In this document: positions 26,084 to 34,721 of the stretch, in pieces | Layout: each line of letters starts with the position of its first letter | Numbering within the stretch: the stretch's first letter is position 1 | Notes under the pieces: generated by a model | The model's input: the letters and a program-made list of their open reading frames with translations, nothing else | Told to the model about the DNA's origin: nothing | Database searches by the model: none | Origin: a virus | Lineage: Duplodnaviria; Caudoviricetes | Direction: 5' to 3' (one strand) | Length of the DNA: 44,079 nucleotides | IMG/VR virus record: IMGVR_UViG_3300034008_000129 | Coordinates: 1 to 44,079 of that record | Translations under genes and position numbers: made by a program

Positions 26084-26947
26084 TCAGACGGTGAGGGCGG
26101 TCAGGAGCGCCGACAGGTCGGGCCCCGGTTCGTCGCCAGCGCGCAGCGTGGCAGGGTCGGCAGCGCTGGGCGTGCCCATCGCGCGGAACAGGTCACGGCG
26201 CGCACTGCGCGGCATGTTCTGCTTCGCGAGAAAGCGGTCGAGCGAAGCCTTGTCGCCCGGGAAGTCGTCAGAAGAGGCGTAGACCGGCATCTGCGCCTCA
26301 CGCTCCATCAGCGTGTCGGCGAGCCCGGCATCGATAGCCTCTTGGCCGCGCAGGAACACGTCCTGTCCAGCAATCAGCGCCTCGAACTCGTCGATCGGGC
26401 GGCCCGAACGTGCGGAATAGGTCTCGCACATGGCGGTGTCGATGTGCGCTAGCGTTTCCCAAGCGTCGCGCACTTCCGACTTCGTGCCGAAGAACAGCCC
26501 GCGCGCCTCGTGGATCATGATCTCCGCATTCGCGGCGATGGCGATCTCGTCGCCCGCCATCGCAATCACCGATGCCGCCGACGCCGCGATGCCTACCACC
26601 TCGACCCGGACATCCGCGTTGTGCCGACGCAACAGGTTATAGGCGGCCACGCCCTCGAAATAATTGCCCCCTGGAGAGTTGATCTCGACCGTGATCGGTT
26701 TGCCAGCGACGGAGCGCAGCGCGCCCGCGATCCGAGAGGTGGTGATGCCGCCACCGTCGCCATCATCGCCAATGTAGCCGAAAATGGAGATGGTCGGACG
26801 GTCGGATGCGAGCGCGGTCACCTCGACCTTCTCAAATCCAGCGGCCAGAGCGCGCGTCTCAAACTTCCAGTCGGAGCCCGACCCGATATTGGCGATCTCA
26901 GGGGGGCGCTGTGCAGCCAGCACGGCGCGGAGGCTATTTCGCTTCAT
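26084..26947 (-). CDS. ClpP-like prohead maturation protease
   Basis: INSPGG, GIAASAASVIAMAG and IMIH motifs. Confidence 0.93.
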   Translation of the reverse strand: MKRNSLRAVLAAQRPPEIANIGSGSDWKFETRALAAGFEKVEVTALASDRPTISIFGYIGDDGDGGGITTSRIAGALRSVAGKPITVEINSPGGNYFEGVAAYNLLRRHNADVRVEVVGIAASAASVIAMAGDEIAIAANAEIMIHEARGLFFGTKSEVRDAWETLAHIDTAMCETYSARSGRPIDEFEALIAGQDVFLRGQEAIDAGLADTLMEREAQMPVYASSDDFPGDKASLDRFLAKQNMPRSARRDLFRAMGTPSAADPATLRAGDEPGPDLSALLTALTV

Positions 26948-28262
26948 GCTGATCCTCAACGATGGCGGCAGCGGTCGTACCGGCGCGCGGAGCGAGCCCG
27001 GAACCGTCCGGGTGCGGGTTCATGTCCAGGGCGTCGCGGGCCTCGTTCGCTTCCATGAACGGCTTGCCGCCACCCGACCCCAGTGCGCGGGCGAGGAACT
27101 CGGACTGGTCCTTCATCGACCCGCGCAGCAGCGCGCGCTCATTGAACTTGGCGTAGAGCACGTCGCCGTTACGGGCCTGCTTCTCCTGGCGGCTGAGCAG
27201 CCGCCAGATCGCTTCTTCCCAGATCACGAACCAGGGCAGGAGGCAGTAGACGACGAAGTAGAGCCCGAGCTGCTCGATGCCGCTGCCCCAGGCCGTCTCG
27301 TCGAACATCAAGAGAGGGCGGGGAACCCCCGTGAAGCGGGAGCCCTGCTCAGCCTCGAACTTGCGAAGCTCGACAAGCTGGTTCTCGCGGGCCGTACCAG
27401 AGAACGGCTTCGCGGCACCGCCATCCTCCAAGAGCATCCAGTCGCCTGCGTTATCGGCACCGGAATACTGTTCGGCCAGGCTCTCCTTCAGCCGTCGGTA
27501 CGCTTCTTCTCCAAGCTCGGTTCCCTGCGGCAGTTCGATCGCGCCGCCCGCCATCACACCTTTGCGCAGGAGGTTCGTCACCGCCTTCTCGGCGAGGTGT
27601 GCCAGCCCGATCGTATCGGCCGCGACGTCGAGCAGCCCCAAGCCGTTGAGTCCGTCGAGCGACACCGGCGCGCGGAAGTGGAACACATCCGCAGGCGACA
27701 GGTACTCGTACCCGCCGCTCTTGGGAGTGTACTTGAAGCGCAGCGTCGCGCCGCTCCACTCCTTGGTCACCGTCTTGCGCGGAAACGGCACGATTGCTTG
27801 GATTTCGCCGCCGAGCCGAACAACGCGGGCGTAGGCGTTGCCGTCGAACAGCGCCGCCAACTGCATGAAGCTCTTGAACTCGCTCGGCGACATCGCGCCG
27901 TTGCCGAGCGGGTCCAGCTTGAACACGGAGTAGAGCGGGTGGTCGACCGCCTTCTCGGTCGTGCCATCCGCCTTGCGCCGCATCATCGACACGGGGAGCA
28001 TGCCCATCGACCCGGCGATCAGCGACGTGGCGCGGTAAAACACCGAATTTCGCATTGCCATGCGGTCGCTGACGGTGACGCCCGAGAGCCCTTCTCGACC
28101 GCCGCGCAGGAACGCGCCGAGCACCGGATCATCGCCGTCCGTCAGGCTGTGGACCGAGTAGGCGTAGACCGGAGGCCCGCTGTTCAGACCAATACGCGCC
28201 GGGTTCACCGAGCGCCGTCCTCCGGCCGAGCGCCGGTAATCGTCGGGCGACATCATCCCCAT
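26934..28262 (-). CDS. Portal protein, HK97 family
   Basis: DGNAYA, FTGVPRPLL, WGSGIEQ and MEANEAR motifs. Confidence 0.95.
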   Translation of the reverse strand: MGMMSPDDYRRSAGGRRSVNPARIGLNSGPPVYAYSVHSLTDGDDPVLGAFLRGGREGLSGVTVSDRMAMRNSVFYRATSLIAGSMGMLPVSMMRRKADGTTEKAVDHPLYSVFKLDPLGNGAMSPSEFKSFMQLAALFDGNAYARVVRLGGEIQAIVPFPRKTVTKEWSGATLRFKYTPKSGGYEYLSPADVFHFRAPVSLDGLNGLGLLDVAADTIGLAHLAEKAVTNLLRKGVMAGGAIELPQGTELGEEAYRRLKESLAEQYSGADNAGDWMLLEDGGAAKPFSGTARENQLVELRKFEAEQGSRFTGVPRPLLMFDETAWGSGIEQLGLYFVVYCLLPWFVIWEEAIWRLLSRQEKQARNGDVLYAKFNERALLRGSMKDQSEFLARALGSGGGKPFMEANEARDALDMNPHPDGSGLAPRAGTTAAAIVEDQHEAK

Positions 28263-28272
28263 GCGCCCTCCC

Positions 28273-30099
28273 TCACACCCGGCGAATGCCGCGGCTCTCG
28301 TACACTGACTTCTTCTTCGGCTTCTCGGTGGCGGTCGCAGCGCCGACGGCCATCGCGACCGTCACCATGCCGTCGATCCGCCCGCGCGACCGCTTCTTGT
28401 TGAACGCCCGGTTGCCCTGGCCGTCCGCATCGATCGCAGCGTTCGCCGCGCAACTGTACGTCACCGGCGAAGCGTCGATGACGATCTTGTCGGGACCTTC
28501 GAGGATGTGATCCTCGGTGCGGGTGATCGAGTGCGGCATGCAGAGCTGCCGGTCCTCAAACATAACGCGGGTGCCCTGCGCGTGCGCGACGATCTTGAGC
28601 CCGCGACCTTCCGGCTTGCCCGGCCCCTCGTACCGCCAGACCTCCAGCCCGACCTCGGCGCATGCGGTGATGAAGCTGGCGAGCAGGGCGGCGTCGACCA
28701 CCAGTTCCTCGACCAACTGCTCGGCGTAGAGCTGCTTCACCTGCATGGCGATGAACGTGTAGTCGATCGTCGAGCCGGGCGTAGCGACCAGGTAACCGTC
28801 CTCGACCCACTCGACGTACGGTGCCTTGTCCTCCTCGGCGCGATCCTTCAGCCCTTCTGCTGTCGTCCAGTACCAGGTCTTCACCGCCAGCGGCTCGTCG
28901 GCGGTCGCCTCCCATGCCCCGCTGAGCGCGGTCAGGTCGTTCTTCTGCGCAAGATCGAGGCTCAGCCAGCAGCGTCGCTTCTGCCTTGCCATCCGCTGCG
29001 CATCGACCGGGCCTTGCACCGCTGCCCACTTCTCCTCGTCGATCCAGAAATCGGCCGCTGCGGTGTCGATGCCGAAGTAAAGCCGCTTGACGCTGGACTT
29101 GGTCGACGGCCGCAGCAGCGCCGACGCCACGGTCTCGCGAATGTTCTCCCAGGGAAACGTCTCGCCGATCGCCGGGAGCGACTTCTGCCAGCACTTCTCG
29201 TTCTCAAAGACCGTTTCGCGATCCGCCTTGTCGACGCGGGCGACGAAGGCGAACGCCGTGTCGTCGCGCGCCTCGCCCTTGGCGATCTGCTGGTACATCT
29301 CCGACCAGGCGGTGCCGACATGCTGGGTCGTGGCGGGCGTGTTCGTGCCCATCAGCATCAGCGCGTGCCCGGCGACCTTGTCGATGCCGCGCTTCCACGT
29401 CTGCAACACGTTCTCGTCGGTCAGCTCGTGGATTTCGTCACCGGCCACGTAGTTCGGCCGCGGCCCCGACAGGCTTTCGCCGCTCGCGATCGGCTGGAAG
29501 AACGACCCGCTGTCCGGATGCTCGATCTTCCACACGTTCTCCAGCTCGCCGCGGAGAACCACCTCGCCGAGCGACTCCAGGCTCTCGCCCTCGTCGCGCT
29601 CCGGGATCGTCGCGCGGCACATCGCCGCAGCGTCGCGGAACAGGACGTTTGCGGTCTTCTTGTCCTCGCCGATCGCGTAGCATTGCGCCCGCGAGATGTC
29701 GCACCAACCCATGATGTAGACGCCGATCGCGCCCATCAGCGGCGACTTCGCTTGCCCCTTGCCCGTCTCCAGCCACCCTGAGCGGAACCGCCAGCGGTTC
29801 GTGGCGGTGCGCCAGCCGAACAGCGAGCCCATCACGAACGTATGCCATTCGAGCGGGTAGAAGGGCTGCCCGGCCGCGGGACCGTCGGTCACCTGAAAGA
29901 CGGAAGGCAGGAACTCCAGCGCGTGCGCCGCTTCCTCCGGACGCCAGTAGATGCCGCGGCGCTCGCCGTCCCGAATATCGCGCAGGTGACGCTCGGCCGC
30001 ATGCTTCACCAGTTCGCCCGCGGTGAACAGCTTGCCCTCTATCGCCGCCCGCGCCCACGCCGTCGTCGGGTCCGGGTCGGCGAGGAACCTATTCGGCAC
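28273..30099 (-). CDS. terL: Terminase large subunit
   Basis: GKGQAKS Walker A-like, GDEIH Walker B, SLDLAQKNDLTA and RIDGMV nuclease motifs. Confidence 0.95.
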   Translation of the reverse strand: MPNRFLADPDPTTAWARAAIEGKLFTAGELVKHAAERHLRDIRDGERRGIYWRPEEAAHALEFLPSVFQVTDGPAAGQPFYPLEWHTFVMGSLFGWRTATNRWRFRSGWLETGKGQAKSPLMGAIGVYIMGWCDISRAQCYAIGEDKKTANVLFRDAAAMCRATIPERDEGESLESLGEVVLRGELENVWKIEHPDSGSFFQPIASGESLSGPRPNYVAGDEIHELTDENVLQTWKRGIDKVAGHALMLMGTNTPATTQHVGTAWSEMYQQIAKGEARDDTAFAFVARVDKADRETVFENEKCWQKSLPAIGETFPWENIRETVASALLRPSTKSSVKRLYFGIDTAAADFWIDEEKWAAVQGPVDAQRMARQKRRCWLSLDLAQKNDLTALSGAWEATADEPLAVKTWYWTTAEGLKDRAEEDKAPYVEWVEDGYLVATPGSTIDYTFIAMQVKQLYAEQLVEELVVDAALLASFITACAEVGLEVWRYEGPGKPEGRGLKIVAHAQGTRVMFEDRQLCMPHSITRTEDHILEGPDKIVIDASPVTYSCAANAAIDADGQGNRAFNKKRSRGRIDGMVTVAMAVGAATATEKPKKKSVYESRGIRRV

Positions 30100-30523
30100 G
30101 CTTCTTCAGGTAGCGGTCGGCTCCGGTTGTGCGCCGCGCCTTCCGCTCCACCTTCGCCCCGGTGCCGCGGTCGCGCGGGCTGACGCACAGCGCCTTCTCC
30201 AGCGCCGCCGCCTGGCTGTCGGCGTTGGACATGGTTGTCCACCACGGGTTGTACGTGGGCACCTTGGTCTTGGGCGCCTTCATTACCGGCCCGGACCGCG
30301 CGACCTCCTTGGCGCTGCGGTCGTACATGACATACGCGACCGCCAGCCGCTTGATCGAGTGCGCGTTGGCGACCGCCAACTTCTCGGACTGCCGAAGCTC
30401 GCTGATGATGTCCCGCCAGTAGCTGGCCGCGGCATCACGATCTGCTGCGCGACCGAAGATCGTGCGCCAGTTCGGCTCCGGCGGGATGCCTTCACCCCCG
30501 GGCAGTTCGATGATTTCGGCCAT
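30089..30523 (-). CDS. terS: Terminase small subunit (P27-like)
   Basis: YNPWW...LCVSPRDR pattern; overlaps terL start. Confidence 0.85.
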   Translation of the reverse strand: MAEIIELPGGEGIPPEPNWRTIFGRAADRDAAASYWRDIISELRQSEKLAVANAHSIKRLAVAYVMYDRSAKEVARSGPVMKAPKTKVPTYNPWWTTMSNADSQAAALEKALCVSPRDRGTGAKVERKARRTTGADRYLKKRAE

Positions 30524-30529
30524 GTGGAT

Positions 30530-30645
30530 GCTCCGGGCGAGCCGGGCCGAAACCCTCCCCCCTCAAAAACTGCTCTCGGCGCACACGGAGGGCGGGTTCG
30601 GTGTCCGTCCGGGCGGCCCCTCAGACTTTCGACCGGGGGGTGGGT
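30530..30645. other. Probable cos/packaging-initiation region
   Basis: Non-coding stretch with G/C runs between the HNH-side genes and terS, the usual cos position in HK97-like phages; exact site not determined. Confidence 0.4.
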
Positions 30646-30836
30646 CATCTGATCGGGCGCAGGCAGACCGCTGGCAGAGTTGATCGCTGCGCTTCCCCGG
30701 TCAGCCACGACACTGCCGCTCGGTCTGCCTCGCACGAAGTCACCAACCCCAATGGACTCCCGCTCGCCAGCCGCACAAAGTCGCCAACGATGATCGGCTC
30801 GTGAGTCGGACGCTCAACCAGCACTAGGTCGGTCAT
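30645..30836 (-). CDS. YodC/DUF2158-like small protein
   Basis: VGDFVRLASGSPLGLV...VSW...LP..CL. Confidence 0.6.
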   Translation of the reverse strand: MTDLVLVERPTHEPIIVGDFVRLASGSPLGLVTSCEADRAAVSWLTGEAQRSTLPAVCLRPIR

Positions 30837-30882
30837 CCGGAATGCTGCACGTCGCGGCATAGAAGCACCTCGGGAGAGATTG

Positions 30883-31068
30883 ATGGCAGGCGAGATCAGC
30901 GCAGGAGCAACGGTGCAGTTGAAGTCAGGCGGCCCGATCATGACAGTGGAGCAAGTCGGTGAGCGTTCGATGGGCGGCGGCACTGCGGCGTGGTGCCAGT
31001 GGTTCGAAAAGAACAAGCTCACAACCGGTGTGTTTCCGCTCACATCCCTCAATGTTGTTGAGGCTTAG
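30883..31068 (+). CDS. YodC/DUF2158 family protein
   Basis: GATVQLKSGGPIMTV...CQWF...FPLTSL; GGAG RBS. Confidence 0.85.
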   Translation: MAGEISAGATVQLKSGGPIMTVEQVGERSMGGGTAAWCQWFEKNKLTTGVFPLTSLNVVEA

Positions 31069-31070
31069 GC

Positions 31071-31358
31071 GTGACCAAGCAGGAGGAGTTCTTGTGGGTT
31101 GTCCAGACGTGCATGCTGGCGAACGCGGTCAACTTGTCTACCCGCGACGATCTCGACCAGTATCGTCATGAGGTCTCAGCGACCGGAATGTATGGCAAGG
31201 CTGACGAGGCGCTACGTGCGAGCAAGCTGATCCCTGATGATATGGACGCAAGTGAAGCGGCCCACGACTTCGTGTTCTTCGTGTGCTCGAACTTACGCGA
31301 CGCTGACCGCGAGAAGGGCGAGGCGAATAGCTGTCCAGACTGGCTTGCTCGCGGCTAG
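31071..31358 (+). CDS. Hypothetical moron protein
   Basis: Directly follows the DUF2158 gene, opposite to the late operon. Confidence 0.6.
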   Translation: MTKQEEFLWVVQTCMLANAVNLSTRDDLDQYRHEVSATGMYGKADEALRASKLIPDDMDASEAAHDFVFFVCSNLRDADREKGEANSCPDWLARG

Positions 31359-31690
31359 CTGCGGTTCCACGGGTGGTCGGCGCTGGTCGGTCGACCATCG
31401 CGCCCGATGCCCTTCGCCTGCACCGGCTGGGCCTTGCCGAACTGCCTGGCCGTCACCTCGGTATCGTGCCGGGCGCATAGGTTCTCGGTGTTGCTGTCGA
31501 TGTCCTCACCGCCTCGGGCGAGCGGCACCTTGTGGTTCACGACGGTGGCGAGGGTGACCAGCCCCTCGGCTTCGCACATCTCGCAGAGACCATCGGTGCG
31601 CGCGAGACGGCGCTTGCGCTGCGCTACACCCGCGCGCCCCCTTAGCCGCTTGTCAGGCCCGGTGTGCTGCCAGGGCTTGCGATCGGCCAT
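31355..31690 (-). CDS. HNH endonuclease (terminase-associated)
   Basis: LCEMC...ATVVNHKVPLARGG...NTENLCARH. Confidence 0.9.
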   Translation of the reverse strand: MADRKPWQHTGPDKRLRGRAGVAQRKRRLARTDGLCEMCEAEGLVTLATVVNHKVPLARGGEDIDSNTENLCARHDTEVTARQFGKAQPVQAKGIGRDGRPTSADHPWNRS

Positions 31691-31740
31691 TGGCTCGTTC
31701 CCCCGCGTCGTGCGTTGACCTTGCCGCAAAGGAGCTGACC

Positions 31741-31884
31741 ATGAACCCGACACACCCAGGCAACGAGCCCGACCCCGACGACATGTCGACTGATCCGGAA
31801 CTGCCCGAACCCGGCGTTGGTGGTGCGGCCGACTATCCGGAGAGTACGTCACCGGACCGGGGTAGTTCGGCTCCGAGGGATTGA
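31741..31884 (+). CDS. 47-aa acidic, Pro-rich disordered microprotein
   Basis: Strong AAAGGAG RBS upstream of ATG; fills the gap between two minus-strand genes. Confidence 0.45.
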   Translation: MNPTHPGNEPDPDDMSTDPELPEPGVGGAADYPESTSPDRGSSAPRD

Positions 31885-31896
31885 GCGAGGCGAGCG

Positions 31897-32739
31897 CTAC
31901 CAAGTTTCCGTCGGCTGCGCTCGACCAGTCCGTTCGACGAGCCGCTCGATCTGTGACGGCGAGAGATTGTCCCTCTCCACCTTTGCCCTAAGCTCGTTGA
32001 ACCGAGCTAGCTTCTGCCGTTCCTGCGCCTCTTCGGCGGCTATGCGGGCAGCGCGTTCTGCCGCAGCCGCCGCGCGTCGCTGCTCCCAAGCATCCCGTGC
32101 CGCCTTCCTCTGCGACCAGTACCAACGCTCCTCCTCGAACATCGGGAAGGCCATTGCGGGTGAGTCCTGCCGCGGCCGGATCGGTTCTGGGCCAGCCGGT
32201 GGTGGTTCTTGCTCGAGCGGCGCCGGAGGGGGCGGCGGAGGCGAGGGCGGCAGAAAACGCCCGTTGTCGGTCAGCCGGACCATGTTTCGCCGGGTCAGTT
32301 CATCCCAGCTCGGGCCACCATACCAGACCGCTAGGAACATCAGTCGAGCGAGGTTCGGATCAACTTGGGAGGTCAACATCGCCTCGTGAAAGACGCGGTG
32401 AGTATCCTCCCACTTCCGAACGCGTACAGCGCAGTACCAGTCGTGAATAACCGACGCGTTGCGGTATCTACCCTCAAAAGGCCCGCCAATTACTGACCAG
32501 AAGAAGCGCGGGATCGACGCACCATCGACGTACGCCCCGTCGGGCGCTTGCCACCGCCGCCCAGCCGCATCTTGATAGCCAAACGGCCGGACCAGCTGCA
32601 TCAACCGACCGCCATCCAATGGCCTCAAGATCAGCTCACCAATGTATCGCCTTCCTTGAGGCGGGGGCGCCGCACTTCCGGAAGCGTACAGGCTAGCTGA
32701 AGCCAGGCCGCCCAGTACAATCTCACGACGTCGGATCAT
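31897..32739 (-). CDS. DUF1353-domain protein with Tat-like signal, Pro linker and coiled-coil tail
   Basis: DGASIPRFFW...GRY..ASVIHDWYC motif; MIRRRE...ASGSAA N-terminus. Confidence 0.8.
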   Translation of the reverse strand: MIRRREIVLGGLASASLYASGSAAPPPQGRRYIGELILRPLDGGRLMQLVRPFGYQDAAGRRWQAPDGAYVDGASIPRFFWSVIGGPFEGRYRNASVIHDWYCAVRVRKWEDTHRVFHEAMLTSQVDPNLARLMFLAVWYGGPSWDELTRRNMVRLTDNGRFLPPSPPPPPPAPLEQEPPPAGPEPIRPRQDSPAMAFPMFEEERWYWSQRKAARDAWEQRRAAAAAERAARIAAEEAQERQKLARFNELRAKVERDNLSPSQIERLVERTGRAQPTETW

Positions 32740-32784
32740 CTTCTGCCTCCCTCCGATGAGGCAGCTTATCTTATGAGCTTGCCG

Positions 32785-32850
32785 AGTCCATATCCTCGAA
32801 CGTGATCGGTCCGGGAAGAAGCGGCGGCTCTACCGCTGAGCTACATGGGC
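32785..32850 (-). ncRNA. Degenerate tRNA-like element 2
   Basis: GCCCATG-TA-GCTC-AGCGGTA-GAGC D-arm, GTTCGA T-loop remnant, acceptor pairing with TATGGAC (6/7). Confidence 0.55.
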
Positions 32851-32887
32851 GATCGGTGCAGCATTCTGCGGCACCTGTCCGTCACCA

Positions 32888-32959
32888 AGCCGAAGACGGG
32901 ACTCGAACCCACGACCTCCGATCGCGCGACCGGCGCTCTACCAGCTGAGCTAATCCGAC
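32888..32959 (-). ncRNA. tRNA-like element 1 (cloverleaf with aberrant anticodon loop, no CCA)
   Basis: TAGCTCAGCTGGTAGAGC D-arm and GGTTCGAGTCC T-arm; anticodon arm CCGGT-CGCGCG-ATCGG has a 6-nt loop with no U33. Confidence 0.75.
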
Positions 32960-33076
32960 TGGTGACGAACCTCGTTTGCACCATGCCGTAGGACACCGCT
33001 TCGACGCCGAGCGTCTGCGGTTTGCCGGGGATGCGGAAGCGTACCATCACGCCACATCGTCTTTCCCCACAGCTGC

Positions 33077-33757
33077 TTAGGCAGCGGACCTCGGAGAGGT
33101 TGGCCCGCCCTTTACCGCAATGGGACGGATTTGCCAAGCCTCCACCTTCATCGTCAACGATCCGCCGAAGTGGATGGTGGCAGACGTTCCGCAGCTCTCG
33201 ACGATCCTCCCGACCATACCCGCGAGCGCAGGCATGTTGTCGACCGTCACCTTCGCATCGCGCTCCAGCGCCTTGCGCTCTTGCCGCAACGCTTTGCGCT
33301 TCGCCCGCTCGGTGCCAAGGCGCTCGGCCCGCGCCTGTCGCTCCTGTTCCCGCGTCTCGGCGTCGCGCACAGCTTCGATCGCCGCCAGTGCATCGGCTTC
33401 GGCTTCTCGCAGTCCGGCGACCTGGCCGTCACCTACCTCGGGAATACGCTCGCCAAGTCGCAGGACGTCGAACGCCGGGTGGGTGTTGAACGGCGTGGCG
33501 ATGATGCGGAGCGCATCGTCGAGGTGACGCGCGCGCAGGAACACGAAGCCAGGCAGGATCGGCACGGGAACCTCAACGAACACCGGCCGCTGCCCCATGT
33601 GCAGGCGACGGCGGTGGCCGGGGGCGGGCCGCTTGACGATCCGTGTTGGAGTCCATGCCTCTAGCCCTGCCTCGCCGAGCGATGCCGCCAATGGCAGCGT
33701 GCGCGCTGCGCTGGTCCATAGGATGCACCAGTCGGTCGGATTGCGTTGGCGCGTCAT
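33077..33757 (-). CDS. NusG-family late-gene antiterminator
   Basis: W.IL N-terminus, PILPGFVF NGN motif, KOW-like C-terminus; occupies the lambda Q position. Confidence 0.8.
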   Translation of the reverse strand: MTRQRNPTDWCILWTSAARTLPLAASLGEAGLEAWTPTRIVKRPAPGHRRRLHMGQRPVFVEVPVPILPGFVFLRARHLDDALRIIATPFNTHPAFDVLRLGERIPEVGDGQVAGLREAEADALAAIEAVRDAETREQERQARAERLGTERAKRKALRQERKALERDAKVTVDNMPALAGMVGRIVESCGTSATIHFGGSLTMKVEAWQIRPIAVKGGPTSPRSAA

Positions 33758-33972
33758 CGCCCCTGCTCCCTCAGCCGCGCCGCTTCCGAGGTCGCAAGCG
33801 CATACCGCTTGCCGTCGTCGCCGCGCACGATCAGCGCGGCGCTCGGGCTGCGCGCGTCGAACTCCACCGTTCCCAGCCGCTCATGGAAAGGATAGCCAGG
33901 CGCGACGATGCGTACCCGCGTATCCGCCCGCCAGCGTCGCTCGCGCCTCATTCCCTGATACCTCCCGCTCAA
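33754..33972 (-). CDS. Hypothetical protein (start uncertain)
   Basis: Overlap-coupled to both neighbours. Confidence 0.5.
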   Translation of the reverse strand: MSGRYQGMRRERRWRADTRVRIVAPGYPFHERLGTVEFDARSPSAALIVRGDDGKRYALATSEAARLREQGR

Positions 33973-34721
33973 TGCTCCCGCTCCCCGTGCGCTCGCGCCC
34001 AGTCCTCTGGCCCCGGCATGTCCATCTGTCGGTAGCGCTCGGCTGTGGCGCGGCTGACTGCCCAGGCCTCATCCGCGTCGGCCTCCTGCGATCGTTTCCG
34101 CCCCTCGATCCACGACACGGGGTCCGCCTTGCCGGCAGCGCTGGCGATGGCCTCGCGGGTCCATGCGTCGCCGTTGGCCTTGCACCACTTGGCGATCAGC
34201 CCGCGTGCCGTGCGGTCCTTCATTCCGGTCTCGCAGAGCAAGGCGACGCCGGAGTCGAAGACCGCCTTCTTCGGATCAATAGGGGGCGCGTCAGCGCCCT
34301 TACCGACAGGTAAGGTACTATTGGGTGTGGGTGTGGGGGCATCGTTTCGGCATGCTTCTGGCACTGCCGCGGCATCTGCTTTTTTGCCCTTTCCCCAACG
34401 CTTTAGCGCTCTATCCCGCTGGACCTTGCTCCGATCGCCCACATACATGCGCTCAGCGGACAACCGTTTCTGTCGCCATGTGCGGCTGCGCCCATCACGC
34501 TTCCAGAACGCCATGACGACGGATTTCGCTGCCGCCCATGCGTCGGGGGTGAGCCCGGTGAGGCGTGCGAGCAGCTCGTCATCGTCAGGAAGGCTGCACC
34601 CCGGCCGACGCCAAGCCTCGATCAGCAGGAGCAGGTACGCGCCATGCTCGGCCGTGGTTAGGTGCCGCGTGTCGGCGAGATAGGCGTCCGTCCACAGCGG
34701 CAGCGCCGGGAACTCGGCCAT
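33969..34721 (-). CDS. YdaU/DUF1376-family replication initiator-like protein
   Basis: LPLWTDAYLADTRHLTTAEHGAYLLLL...LPDDDELLARL. Confidence 0.88.
   Translation of the reverse strand: MAEFPALPLWTDAYLADTRHLTTAEHGAYLLLLIEAWRRPGCSLPDDDELLARLTGLTPDAWAAAKSVVMAFWKRDGRSRTWRQKRLSAERMYVGDRSKVQRDRALKRWGKGKKADAAAVPEACRNDAPTPTPNSTLPVGKGADAPPIDPKKAVFDSGVALLCETGMKDRTARGLIAKWCKANGDAWTREAIASAAGKADPVSWIEGRKRSQEADADEAWAVSRATAERYRQMDMPGPEDWARAHGEREH
34298..34375. repeat. Putative replication origin: palindrome plus four iterons at 11-nt spacing
   Basis: CCTTACC-GACA-GGTAAGG at 34298-34315; GGCA(T/C) starting at 34338, 34349, 34360 and 34371, inside the initiator gene. Confidence 0.55.

Noticed and set aside
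29745-29770. Terminase Walker A variant GKGQAKS as a sign of inactivation
   Set aside because: The catalytic Lys-Ser, Walker B and nuclease motifs are intact; most likely a natural variant
26784-29781. Long plus-strand ORFs (539 aa and 424 aa) opposite portal and terminase
   Set aside because: Antisense shadows of well-conserved genes with no recognisable motifs
32888-32959. Possible second att copy or functional tRNA
   Set aside because: Its 3' half differs from the tRNA-Arg 3' end and it lies mid-prophage; the anticodon loop is non-canonical, so it is not called a decoding tRNA
32841-33137. 98-aa ORF over the late leader
   Set aside because: It is a translation of the tRNA-like sequence and leader, with no convincing RBS or protein features
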